A DNA stretch of 64,000 bases, taken from contig CM119266.1 of NCBI GenBank assembly GCA_051294375.1, positions 6,961,431 through 7,025,430 of the forward strand, given 5' to 3'. This DNA comes from Paraspadella gotoi (taxonomy: Eukaryota; Animalia; Chaetognatha). Numbering within the stretch: position 1 is the first letter of the stretch; the number at the start of each line of letters is the position of its first letter. Below are positions 15,201 through 29,378 of this stretch, piece by piece. Under the pieces are notes generated by a model that was not told where the DNA came from, did no database searches, and saw only the letters and a list, made by a program, of their open reading frames with translations. The translations under genes were made by a program, and so were the position numbers.

Positions 15201-18200
15201 ATAAGAAAAATTCTTTGCAAGTTTTTTTTTCTTAATCTTGGACTCATTACTGAAGAGTTTGCTGACGTTATTTCTCCACTATAGACAGTGCTAAACTATG
15301 ACTAATATGTTCGGTTGTACAAAGATTTTCTTCAACTTTTTATATGTTTTGATTATGGTTGTAACTCGTAATCTTATTCGATGAACCATTATATTCAGGA
15401 GTTGTCCGTCTACCTCGGCCTTGGCTCCTTCTTCCGCGCATTACTCTGCCAACACACATGCTGCCACCATGCTGCACCTTCATATTCGTGCGCGAGCGCC
15501 GGGATTTCGTGGAGAAACGAGTGCGTTGACTGAAAACATCATCGGGTCCCGGAAAGGGCGTCCCGTTCGTTTATTCCTAAAAAACCGAGATGCCCGGCGG
15601 CTACTGGATGATCCGCTCGTTTATTATTAATAACTATTACAAAAACGGGTCTGATCATGTCTGTTAACGTGAACCTGTCCCAAGTTGTATTATGGGCGCC
15701 CGAGAAGTTTTTTCACTTTTGGAACCTTCCGCCACAGGGTACGAATCCGGATGTTATAAGTTAAGGGTGGTTGAAAAAGCGTTTCATAATATTTTAAAAA
15801 ACATGTTCTTCGTAAGGCTGAACCTAAAGGTATTAGTAATTCGTCACTCTATAAATCAAAGACCGTTAATGGAAGCAACAAGTGAAAAACTTATTACAGA
15901 AAATTATAAGGACAAATTTGATATGAGCGGGATATACAAGATCAATTTTTAAGAGTTCAAAAAACTTAAGACGGCTGAGATAAATACACAAATGGCAAAG
16001 TGAGATCTTTGTGAAAACAACTAAAATATCTAGCCTAATCCTTCCTTGAGATTTTTAACTATGATATTGTCAAACTTATTGTTTTTTCCGTCGCTCACAT
16101 AGAAGATAACCCAATGTCCTGCACAAATAAAAACAGGATTATGTTAAGATCTGCTAACCAAATTTTTAGGTTTAACAATTATCTGGAAGAATTTTAAAAA
16201 TTCTGTTAAAAAAGCATATATAAACTTATTAGATAACCAATTAAAGAATTATAACCAAGAAAGATGAAAAAGTTGTATATTTAACAATAGATTTCTATTG
16301 CTGATATCTTCTTTAAATGGCGAAGATAACACCAGAGACAAATTAAAAGAAAAGTCGACCTTGGTAAGAGTGAAGAGGGGACCTGAGAAAGACCCGCTTT
16401 CTCAAACACCTCCCTACGTCCCCTTTTTTTTTTCTCATTGCTAATGAGCGAATTTAAAGGCAGTCAATAAATCATTCGAGAGAAAATAGTAAATCCTCCC
16501 GAACAATTTATTATCTCTATTCAAGTTCAGAAAATTGACTCGCTCGTACGCGAATCCAATGATCTGAAGAGAAGATTCAACGCCGTGTTAAAGTTCAAAA
16601 TCTTGAATGATATTTGAGTGAAATAAGCAAAAAAATTTGACTCATCTTCGCGGTGAATTCTAGGGTATGGAATTATCTGCGTATGCCTCTCGGGCTTGAA
16701 CAGGCGTCTCACAGATCATCGCGTCGTAGTCTTTTCGGTCCAGTGGGGGACGTGATTTCTCGGTGGAAAGAGCTCCCCGGATGCATACGGCCAATGGTTG
16801 TTAGGTGACTCGCTGTGGATCCGAGCGGGAAGGGAGGTTGGGCGTTATGGCTGAAGTGATTAAAAAAGGGATAAAACAGAGGGAAGCGTAAAAAGAAAGA
16901 TTGTAAGAGACATTCATACCGGTTTGCGTCGAATCCGGTTGTGACGAGAAAATAATAAGTATCTTAAAGTTTAAAGTAAGTCCCTAAAGAGCAACAGCCC
17001 ACCAAACTAAAAAATAAACTTACCTTTCCTGAAAGGGAAGTGTCTCTCTACCCCCGCCCGATTAAAACTGACGTAATACTCCTTTATAGATTTTTTTTCT
17101 CGATGGCGAAATTTCCTCATCTGCGGCTTGAAGCGTCGACGGCTGTCGATAGACGCTTGAGGGTCGAGACTTCGGTTGAGGAGATTCACTGGATAGACTT
17201 CTAGAACTGTAAGGGTATCGTAGATTTTTATAAATATTTTAAAATTTCAGTATGACTTATAAATTGATTTTTTCGTTGAAAATTGATTAAAAAGTTGTGA
17301 GAATATTTGGTAAGCATTTTGAAAAAAAAACATGTTGTCTCATGGAGAGAGAGGGGTGTGGTGAAAACGGATTAGAGAAGAAATAAACACAGGGAAAACG
17401 AAACTTGAGAAATAATTTGGGTGTTCTCGTGTTTTTGAGCGGATTTAGATGGGGATGTGCCGGTATTGTCGTGCTTGGTGGGAGAAGGGCGGGCGTTGGA
17501 GGTGGGCACCTACCACGAGGTCAGTGGCTGGTGCCGATACCGGTAAGGTCCACTTGACTGCAGGCTAGAGGATGCGAGGTGGTGTCCGACCGCGCCAGCA
17601 ACGTCATGAGTAGCGACCGCGATACCGTGGGACACTAAACCGCCCTACTGCGGAGGTAGGCCGAGTGGGCTTATGTTTTCCATAAGTATTCAAGAGGGAT
17701 TTGGAGGACAGTTTTTCTTATCTTATGTTATTGTGATCATTTGCTATTAATTTATTATGAATCATTGCTTTTAATAATAATACTGTAATGTGTGTAATGT
17801 AATGTAAGTGAGCAAAAGTTCTGAAATTGATGCAGAAACAAACAAGAAAGCGACATAGAGAGAGTGAGGCAAAGAGTGAGAGCAAGAGAGCAAAAGCTAA
17901 AGTGAGAGAGAGAATTCTGATTGTTGTTTAAGATGCGAAGGTTGCATGTTCGAGGCTATCACAAATATTTTTTTTTCGTAACCAGGAGACGTTAGATAAG
18001 AAGAGATATGTTTATGTGACTGAAAAGTGAAATCGCGGCACTGGTTAAGGAAGAAAGAGAGAGAGACAGAAAGAGAGTCAGCAACTGTATGGACAACAAA
18101 GTGACCAAACAGTAATGAACTCTATAGTAAAAACTTATCCTGAGCTCTAATTTTCAATCCAGATCATAGACTATGGATATGAATATAATTAATAAGTGGT

Positions 18201-21200
18201 AGATTTATCATAAATATATATATTGCAGGACTACCCAAGGCCTACCTATTACTAAAATTTAAAACCAAATAATATTCACAAATAAGGAAGTTATGTATCA
18301 TTGAAAAAATGACCCATCTAAAATATTAGCACTGATAAATAGGGAAAAAAACTTTTTGATAGTAACAATATTTCTACAGAAGTTTACAACCTCTTGAGTA
18401 CAAGTTAGCAAAAATTTTAAGAAAAAAATTTAAAATATATTAGAGCTAAGCAAGGTTTTAAAAAAAATTTTGAGCCATTTTTAAGTGGTTTAAGATTATT
18501 TTTTGAAAGAATTGCTTAAATGGGCAATAGCCAGACATCCAGGCAACGTCCTATAAAATCCTAAAGCCATTTATCCTATAAATGGAAAAGTTAATCCATG
18601 TACAGATTTACGGCATTCTAGGTTTCCGGTACTGTAGTAAATATAAATTGAAGATTAGATTTAGGTCAAATAAAAATCGACCGTATATAACGAAAATAAA
18701 AAAAGTTTTTGATAGACTTGCATGGCTCTTAATCTCGGCGCATCTAAAAATAATATTAAAAAATACAAATTAAATTAATAAATTAAAATTGATCTTTACT
18801 TTTTCTATTAAAAACCTACTTTTACTAGCTTGATTCCATTTGAAACTTGAATTCAGCTCAATGAACTAGTTTTTTAATCACAGACAAAATTTCAACTCAA
18901 TTGATTCATCCAAACATAAGTAATAAGACTTTAAAGGTACTGGAGAAAGGATGGACAGACAGACATATGGACAGACAAATGTTTGAAGTTTTTGATATCA
19001 AACGACAGTTAAACAGAGGAGATTCCGATTGCATTGTTTTTTAAGAGATATGTTGTTCACATGTTAAAGAATAAACCAATCTTCTTTTTAGTTGTGAATT
19101 CTGTCAGCATTTATGTATTTAACTGTATCTTGAGAGCTTTAAGAGATTTTGCATTAATTTTTCTACATAACATTCAGGGAGTAATGCCCTCGGATGAGAA
19201 ACAATAAAAAATGAAAAATCAATACTGAAATTTTTTTTTTAACTGCATAGTTTTTTCTACGAGACTGTACATCCGTCTTACCTGAACATTTCCAAGAACA
19301 TAAAGTCCCCCTTCTTGATGTCGTACAAAGTCGATGAGTTGGCAAGAGGATCTCGGTTCGCGACCAGAAGCAATACTTGTGTTCGCCAATATTTGACGTG
19401 CTCTTGTCGAGAGTCCAGCAGCAAGAGATATTTACGGACTTGATGGAATATCAGCGCCTGTGAGATGTGAGAGGAAAGAGGAGAGGTTGTTTGTGTTACT
19501 AAAACTTAACACGTAATATTTAATAGTTAAAAAATTGACCTGTGAAATAGAACCCAGCCTGTGGCCGGCGGCGAGTACCACCAAATGAGAAGAATTAAAA
19601 GAAGAAGGACGACGATGGAGGCGGCGGCGTAGTCGGGCTTTACCACGAACGCCATCACCAGGGACGCGAGGAAACCTTTATGAGACGAATTATGCATCGA
19701 TTGAATAGAATAGAATAGAATAGAATAGAATAGAATAGAATAGAATAGAAGAGAATAGAAATTAGAATAGAAATAGAATTAGAATAGAATAGAATAGAAT
19801 GAGGAAAGAGAATAGAATAGAATAGAATGAATAGAATAGAAAGATGTAGAGAAATAAGAAAGAAGAATAAGAAAGANNNNNNNNNNNNNNNNNNNNNNNN
19901 NGAGAATTTATAAATGATAGAATAGAATAGAATAGAATAGAATAGAATAGAATAGAATAGAATAGAATAGAATAGAATAGATAGAATAAGAGAAGAGAAT
20001 AGAATAGAATAAAATAGAATAGAAGAAGGAATATAATAGAATAGAAGAGAATAGAATAGAGAGAATTAGAATAGAATTAGAAGAGAATAGAATAGAATAG
20101 AAGATAGAATAGAATAGAATAGAATAGAATAGAATAGGAATAGAATAGAATAGAATAGAAGAGGAATAGAATAGAATAGATAAATAGAATAGAAGAGAAT
20201 AGAATAGAATAGAATAGAATAGATAGAAGAATAAATAGAATAGAAAGAATGAATAAATAGAATAGAATAATAGAATAGAATAGAAGAGAATAGAATAGAA
20301 TAGAATTTCTAAATAGTACTTGACGCAGTGGTCTAAATTTTATTAATCGTTATTTTAATATTATTCCTCCTCTTTACCAAGAAGGCAGGTGTGCCAGGAA
20401 TAGTAAATAAAAAGTGGGACGGAAGTTCGGCGCCGACGCGAATCTCCAGGGTAAGGCAGGATAAGTTCGACGCCGCGTAGACGAGAAGGTATAATAACTG
20501 AAATAAAAAGTAATATACAATGTAATCTTAATATATGAAATAATAGAACGAATGTAAACAATTTTAGCTATAATCCTGACCCGTGACTAGTGGAGCCAAG
20601 AGATTAAACTTCTTAAAGAAAGAGATGCACTGGACGGCGAGGAAGGAAACGACGACGGCGGCGACGGGGTTGCCCGACTTGGTCGCGTACGACGCCGGGC
20701 GGAGAAGACTCCCGAAGAGTCGATCCTGGCCACCGCCTCCAAGAGTGCGGAGCCGCCGATGAGGCAGGCCAACGCAGCGCTGGGGTAACAAATTTAAAAT
20801 GAGATTTGTTTATTAGAATCATAATCATATTTATGATCATGATCTTAATCTTGATCTTTATCATCATCATCATCATCTTCAACAACAACATTAAATAAAA
20901 ACCAAAACAATAATTAAAAAAAAAATCAGCAAAAAAACAGCAAAAACTAAAAAAAACAACTAAAAACGATACCCAACAAAAACAACAACGACAACCGTGT
21001 CCCTGACCTCAATGAAGTGACGAACATTCCGACCAAAACGACGGAGAAGTGAACGTCGATCGCTTGCATCACGTTGTAGTTGTATTTGAGGAGGAGATTG
21101 TCGCAGTGAAGGCGAGCATGAAGGCGAGAAGGGCGTAAGCGAGGAGGTGAAGCTCGTCGCCTGCACGGTTCCGCGCGGGGATGGATTTGGTAGGGTTCTC

Positions 21201-24200
21201 AGTTGCCCGACATGTTGGCGCCGGCCATGATTGCCTGGGAGGGATTGTGGGATAGAGAGTGGGGAGGTAGGGTTGAGTTGGGTCGGTGAGTTAATTGATT
21301 GGTTGGCTGCGGTGTTGATTGATTGTTTAGTACATGTATATTTCAGAATAAAAGGAATCAAACATTAAAGGGAGGTTTAGAATCAATAAAAATCAAATAA
21401 AAAAAAAAGATAATTCCTTGTTTTGAAAATGTCGGAATTTCATCAATTTGTTATCGTCATTCTACACTTCAATGCTATCATAATTTTACAATCTAAAATT
21501 AACTATCAAGGATATTTATTTTAAACAATTTTAATCATGATTGAAATGATCTTCTTCTTCAAGCCAATCTATGCAAATTCACCGTGACGCTACTGAAGAG
21601 AATTCCGAAAACCTTTCCAAATTAAGATCTTCGCCGGTGGAATAGTCCAGCCCGAAGTGATCGTAGAGATTTCCCTCGAAGGTCCGCAGATCGAATCCGG
21701 TGTAGTGGCGAAACAGTCGGTGGCGTTGGGATTGCAGATGGAAGAGAAGAGAAGAGAATAGAATAGAATAGAAGAGAATATAATAGAATAGAAGAGAATA
21801 GAATAGAAGAGAATAGAATAGAATAGAATAGAATAGAAGAGAATAGATAGAATAGAATAGAATGAGAGAATAGAATAGAATAGGAATAGAATAGAATAGA
21901 AGAGAATAGAATAGAATAGAATTAGAATAGATAGAAAGGAATAGTTAATATTAAAGCAAGAGAATGAATATAACTTAGATAGAAGAGTAATAGAATAGAA
22001 TAGAAGAGAATAGAATAGAATAGAATTTCTAAATAGTACTTGACGCAGTGGTCTAAATTTTATTAATCGTTATTTTAATATTATTCCTCCTCTTTACCAA
22101 GAAGGCAGGTGTGCCAGGAATAGTAATAAAAAGTGGGACGGAAGTTCGGCGCCGACGCGATCTCCAGGGTAAGGCAGGATAAGTTCGACGCCGCGTAGAC
22201 GAGAAGGTATAATACTGAAATAAAAAGTAATATACAATGTAATCTTAATATATGAAATAATAGAACGAATGTAAACAATTTTAGCTATAATCCTGACCCG
22301 TGACTAGTGGAGCCAAGAGATTAAACTTCTTAAAGAAAGAGATGCACTGGACGGCGAGGAAGGAAACGACGACGGCGGCGACGGGGTTGCCCGACTTGGT
22401 CGCGTACGACGCCGGGCGGAGAAGACTGCCGAAGAGTCGATCCTTGGCCACCGCCTCCAAGATGCGGGAGGCGCCGATGAGGCAGGCCAACGCAGCGCTG
22501 GGGTAACAAATTTAAAATGAGATTTGTTTATTAGAATCATAATCATATTTATGATCATGATCTTAATCTTGATCTTTATCATCATCATCATCATCTTCAA
22601 CAACAACATTAAATAAAAACCAAAACAATAATTAAAAAAAAATCAGCAACAAAAACAGCAAAAACTAAAAAACAACTAAAACGATACCCAACAAAACAAC
22701 AACGACAACCGTGTCCCTGACCTCAATGAAGTGACGAACATTCCGACCAAAACGACGGAGAAGTGAACGTCGATCGCTTGCATCACGTTGTAGTTGTATT
22801 TGAGGAGGAGATTGTCGCAGGTGAAGGCGAGCATGAAGGCGAGAAGGGCGTAAGCGAGGAGAGTGAAGCTCGTCGCCTGCACGGTTCCGCGCGGGATGGA
22901 TTTGGTAGGGTTCTTCAGTTCGCCCGACATGTTGGCGCCGGCCATGATGCCTGGGAGGGATTTGTGGGATAGAGAGTGGGGAGGTAGGGTTGAGTTGGGT
23001 CGGTGAGTTAATTGATTGGTTGGCTGCGTGGTTGATTGATTGTTTAGTACATGTATATTTCAGAATAAATAGGAATCAAACATTAAAGGGAGGTTTAGAA
23101 TCAATAAAAATCAAATAAAAAAAAAGATAATTCCATGTTTTGAAAATGTCGGAATTTCATCAATTTGTTATCGTCATTCTACACTTCAATGCTATCATAA
23201 TTTTACAATCTAAAATTAACTATCAAGGATATTTATTTTAAACAATTTTAATTCATGATTGAAATGATCTTTCTTCCTTCAAGCCAATCATATGCAAATT
23301 CACCCGTGACGCTACTGAAGAGAATTCCGAAAACCTTTCCAAAATTAAGATCTTCGCCGGTGGAATAGTCCAGCCCGAAGTGATCGTAGAGATTTCCCTC
23401 GAAGGTCCGCAGATCGAATCCGGTGTAGTTGGCGAAACAGTCGGTGGCGTTGGGATTGCAGATGGGCGAGGCGGACGCGACGTCGACGGAGAATGAAGAG
23501 TGGTTGACGAAGAAGCTGATCAACACCACGAGATAGCATAAAAAGGTGATGATGAAGAGACCTGGTAAAGATTGTTAAACAATATTGTTAAATAAATATA
23601 TAATAATGTTATTTAATATCATTTAAAGTTAAATGATATTCATATTTTTATGTTTGTTTATTGTCTAGAGTCACCGGCCGATGCTGCGGAGAACGCCCCA
23701 GCGCCGCAGAGACATATGAAGACGTTGAAGGAGTTGACGAGCGACTTGTAGAGGTAGCTCCACCAGTAGCCGCCGGGGAGAACGGCGGCGACGGCACCGT
23801 CAGGACCGAAGTTGTCGACGACGCCCTCGACGAAGCCGGCCACGTAGAGGGCGCTGCAACCGACGGAGGCGACGAAAAAGAGGAGACCGAGAGCGCCGCC
23901 TATTGAGGACAATGGAAATCTCGGATGTAAAATTTTTGTTTGATAATATTTTTTTTAGTTAATATTAACACAAAATTTAAACTTTATTAATAATAAATAT
24001 TGAATTAGTCAATTAACGTTGGCTTAGCGGATGGAGGAACGGACAAACCTACTGAAAGGATTTTCATATATCGAATCTGACATGGAGACCGATTTAAACC
24101 TTTTTTTAGATGTTTCGCTAATTCGATTATTATTGTCATTCATTCAACTCACCCAATTCTGGCCCCAGCGTCCGACTGATCATGAAGTAGGCGCCGCCTC

Positions 24201-24913
24201 CCTGGACGGCGCCGTTGGTGGAGATTGCGCAGATGGAGAGGATCGTCAACCCTAGCACCGCGTAGGAGATCAAGAGGATCGCCAGCGTCAACAGAAAACC
24301 TAGTGAAAATATAAAGACAATTATGAATAGGAATAATTCATATTGTTTTAAATAATTATTAAATAACAATGATCAATAATTTATCAATGTTTTTTTTTCT
24401 CGCCAAACGAATCGACCTGCTTGTCCCACGACCATCCCTATCCGGAGGAAGAGGAGCGAAGAGAATATGGAGAGGGCGACTGGAGCGAAAACTCCAGCGA
24501 AGGTGCCGAGAGTCCGTTTGCTCTTACGACCCTCCTCGCTGGAGTCGCTCGAGTCGCTGGAGCGAGACAGATCAGCGTTATCTTTGTTCCCATGACACAA
24601 CAGCCAGGATTCTGTTAAAGTGGGAGAAAGCGAATGGGTCCATAAATCATAAAGCGATGAATAGAGCGATTGACGAGGCCGCGTCTCTCTCTCTCCGCAG
24701 TTAAGAAATTAAAATGATTTCCGGGTAATCCCTCGGTCGAGCCTCGCCGTCTCTCATCGGCCGAGAGTCCTTACTCCTTAGGTATCACTCACTAAATTGT
24801 GTTGGGGAGTCGGCGGCGAACGGAGACTGTGGACGATCTTGAAGAAGAGGAGTTTTGTCGCTGACGAAAGAAGATGATTCCATTTCGTATTTGGCATCGG
24901 ATGGCGGGAACAT
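270..24913 (-). CDS. SLC12A9: Cation-chloride cotransporter family member SLC12A9 (CIP1). Spliced; intact exons at ~24913-22098 and ~5007-270, separated by an (AATAG)n intron inflated by artefactual duplications
   Basis: Phase-consistent exons translate to [126 protein letters not shown] and a C-terminus [24 protein letters not shown] (stop 270-272), as in SLC12A9. One apparent +1 frameshift at ~1315. The start may lie further upstream (candidate exon ~25199-25096). Confidence 0.93.
5034..5072 (+). repeat. (AATAG)n microsatellite in an SLC12A9 intron (left breakpoint of the artefact region)
   Basis: Direct pentanucleotide repeat aatagaatag... Confidence 0.97.
5073..14000. other. Error-rich fold-back (inverted) duplication of window ~1-2020 plus sequence left of the window; likely raw long-read or amplification chimera
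   Basis: 5073-~7700 is an insertion-ridden reverse complement of ~1300-1. 10480-14000 is an insertion-ridden forward copy of ~20-2020. 8330-8400 pairs with 9560-9645 and ~8640 with ~9285, placing the symmetry centre near 8960. Confidence 0.85.
14330..15680 (+). pseudogene. Noisy fragment (about 3 exons) of a second SLC12A9 paralogue
   Basis: [19 protein letters not shown] (14530-14655), [19 protein letters not shown] (14765-14850) and ..PGGYW.. (15400-15680) follow the SLC12A9 exon order but differ at many third codon positions from the 24600-23680 exons. Frameshifts look like read errors. Confidence 0.7.
17195..19703 (+). repeat. Near-identical duplicate of 2685-5033 (SLC12A9 intron plus two exons), probably the other haplotype or a gap-fill copy
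   Basis: Colinear match with scattered single-base indels and a few substitutions (e.g. cgtcagat/cgttagat, tcaaccgt/tcgaccgt). The exon copies carry frameshifts. Confidence 0.9.
19704..20305 (+). repeat. (AATAG)n microsatellite containing a 25-N assembly gap (19877-19901)
   Basis: Direct observation of the repeat and N run. Confidence 0.97.
20306..21740 (-). pseudogene. Error-containing duplicate of SLC12A9 exons at 22027-23465
   Basis: Colinear with 22027-23465 but with single-base indels that break the reading frames; flanked on both sides by AATAG repeats. Confidence 0.85.
21741..22026 (+). repeat. (AATAG)n microsatellite
   Basis: Direct observation. Confidence 0.95.
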
Positions 24914-25246
24914 TCGGCCATTGCGGCCTACAAGTAGAAAGGACGTTTAATTTTTATAATTAAAAGCCATTTGTTAAGTAACCCCGTTCGGCCGAAAGTC
25001 AACCAATCATCCAATCAAAAGTCGATTCATTCATTTATCAATTTATTCATAAATTAAATCAATAAATAAATCAGTTATTTGAATAAATCGCTGACCCGGA
25101 CTCCCGGCGATGTCGATCAAACGGTCCTCTCTGTGCAGATCAGGTAAGGCATAGCGAAAGTCGTCCACGGACTCTTCGTTGCCATCGAAGAGGGAAACCT
25201 GGTCGAAGGATGGAATTACGTTTATTTTATGTTACTTGGTTACTTG

Positions 25247-25345
25247 GTACAACCAATATAAAAATTATCCATTCAGTCAATAAATAAACTATCTTGTCCT
25301 TGACTTTGGACGGGCTATGATGGGTTACAAGATGATAACAAATCA
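25247..25345 (-). repeat. Truncated copy of dispersed repeat family A (see 55951-56665)
   Basis: Reverse complement contains gtccaaagtcaaggacaagatagtttatttatt..ggataatttttatattggttgtaccaa. Confidence 0.8.
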
Positions 25346-26666
25346 ATCAAACTTCTTTTCACAATCCAGTTTAATTTATTTTGTCTGCAATTGCACCTGA
25401 GAGAGATTCATAATCTATTTTTCTCTCTAGCGGAGATTCGAATGGCGGACTGGGGCGGCGCGGCGCCGTGGAGTTTTAATTTAATTTAGCGTCGCTGGCG
25501 AAGGAAAAGAAAAAACATTCGTCGAATACGCAGCTTTATTGATTCCATTTTTTTTATAATATTGACAAACGCTACTGTTGCGTTTGGACAATGAACGACT
25601 TTGTTTCGTCTCCCTTTTCGAAACTGATTTCGTAATAAGTATTATATTGACGCTCGAGACTGAAAGTTTACTAGTAAATTATGGCCACTGATGAGACTCT
25701 ACATTCTACAAGTCGACATACAAGTGACAGCTGAGATTTATATTTGTCTGTTGAGGAGATTATGTTTGCTTAACAACGAGAATCCGAAATACAAGCAGGA
25801 AATATGAATTGATAAACAATTTTAAACTTTTTCAAGTATTTTTAAAAATTTGTTTAACACGATGTTTGATTTCAGTTAATTTTTTTTCACCGGAGGTTGT
25901 CACTTTTTAAAAAAACTCTAATGGAAGTTTGATTTTAATCGATGTGGAGGACCTTACCTCTTCTGAATGAGTCGATAACGAAATTCAATAGACCAGTAAG
26001 TTAATACAAATAGGTTACGAGATCTTTAATCAAGGGAATGTTAAATAATGAATAGTATTAACCTGTTTATTCAGTCTTTTTATTCTAGTATGGCTTAATT
26101 TTAAGATAGAAATATTTCATATTTTGTAATATATTTATTTAATTTTTCTTTATAATGATACACTATTTTTAGAATAAATAGAATAAATATCAAAAAACAA
26201 CCGCAACAGGACGAAAGGGAAAAAAACCGCAAAAAAGTCAAAGTCGATAATGAAATTTATTTTTTGTACTATTTAAAAAAAACTCATCAATCCAAATCAT
26301 TCGAGATTAAAATGAATAGTAAATAGTTTTTTTTATTGGTTTAAAATTAATCCCAGCATTTATAAACGAAAGCTGTATAGTAATATCGGAAACTTATAAT
26401 CATAATCTGTTTTATGTGAGGAGATAAGACGACGTCTCTCTTCATTAACCCCCCCCCCCACAATTATCAGTGTGATAAAGTGATAAAATCAAAAGAAAAA
26501 AAATATCAATTTTCAGAGATTGCGTGGAACCGGAGTGAATTTGGGAGGCGGTCGACTCGCTCTCGCTCTCTCTCATTTTCCTCAAATTGAAAAAAAAAAC
26601 CACATTTTTGCTCATAACCGGTTTTTCTAACAAATTATATCGCGACGCTTTTCTCAAACACGGAGA

Positions 26667-28597
<1,931 letters not shown>

Positions 28598-29304
28598 CTT
28601 CATCTTCTTTTTTATTTTCATGATTTCTATTCGCTCGCGTCAAGAAATACGTCGCCCCCCTCAACTTATTGTTTTGTGTTTTTATTTTCTTTCCCTTTGT
28701 TTTCTCTGTTTTTTTTTAACGAGCTATCGACAACAAAATGCCATTCTTTTCCACTCTGTCTCGCTTTCTTCATCCTGACAACAACAAAAAATAATCAATA
28801 TTAAGAAAAAAAAACACGAAATGCTATTTTCTTTACAATTTTCTTTTTTTTTTTAGAAAAATTTCAATTAAGGAAGTCGATTAAGTCTAATTAACTATAA
28901 ACTTAATTAAGCAAAAAACTTTCCCACCAAAAAAAAAAAGGGGAAAAAAAACCTAGCTAGACAAATAGAGCAACCGAATAGAAGGAAGTAGATCCAACAC
29001 AATTAGTCAACAAAAAGCAAAAAAAAAAAAAGTAAGAAAAATTAAATAATGTTTAATTCGGACTGAACAAAAATTTGATATTTAATAGCTAAATAAAGAA
29101 GAGGTAAAACTAAACAATAGCCAGGTGGCCAGAAGAGAGAAGGGCGCAGGGGCCTGTCGGTGATTGTGGTGACCGCCTTAGACATGGGGGGACATGTCCG
29201 AGATGAAAGGGGGACTGGGGGGGCTCTGGGCAGGGGAAATGAGTCTGAGGATATTTTTCGGGCCAAATTTAGCCGAGGGGTTGTCGAGAACCCATCGACA
29301 AATA

Positions 29305-29323
29305 TCACAAAGAGAGAGAGGGA

Positions 29324-29378
<55 letters not shown>

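Noticed and set aside
5073-17670. Numerous short ORFs, including the 214-aa ORF 14152-14796
   Set aside because: They lie in error-rich duplicated sequence and are chance frames or frameshifted SLC12A9 exon fragments
20306-21740. Tandemly duplicated or mutually exclusive SLC12A9 exons
   Set aside because: Copy differs almost only by frame-breaking single-base indels and abuts a gap and microsatellites; an artefact is more parsimonious
25688-25730. CTGATGA-GACT..AGTC-GACA hammerhead-like motif
   Set aside because: Stem II is present, but the core GAAA is mutated and stems I/III do not pair; at best a decayed relic
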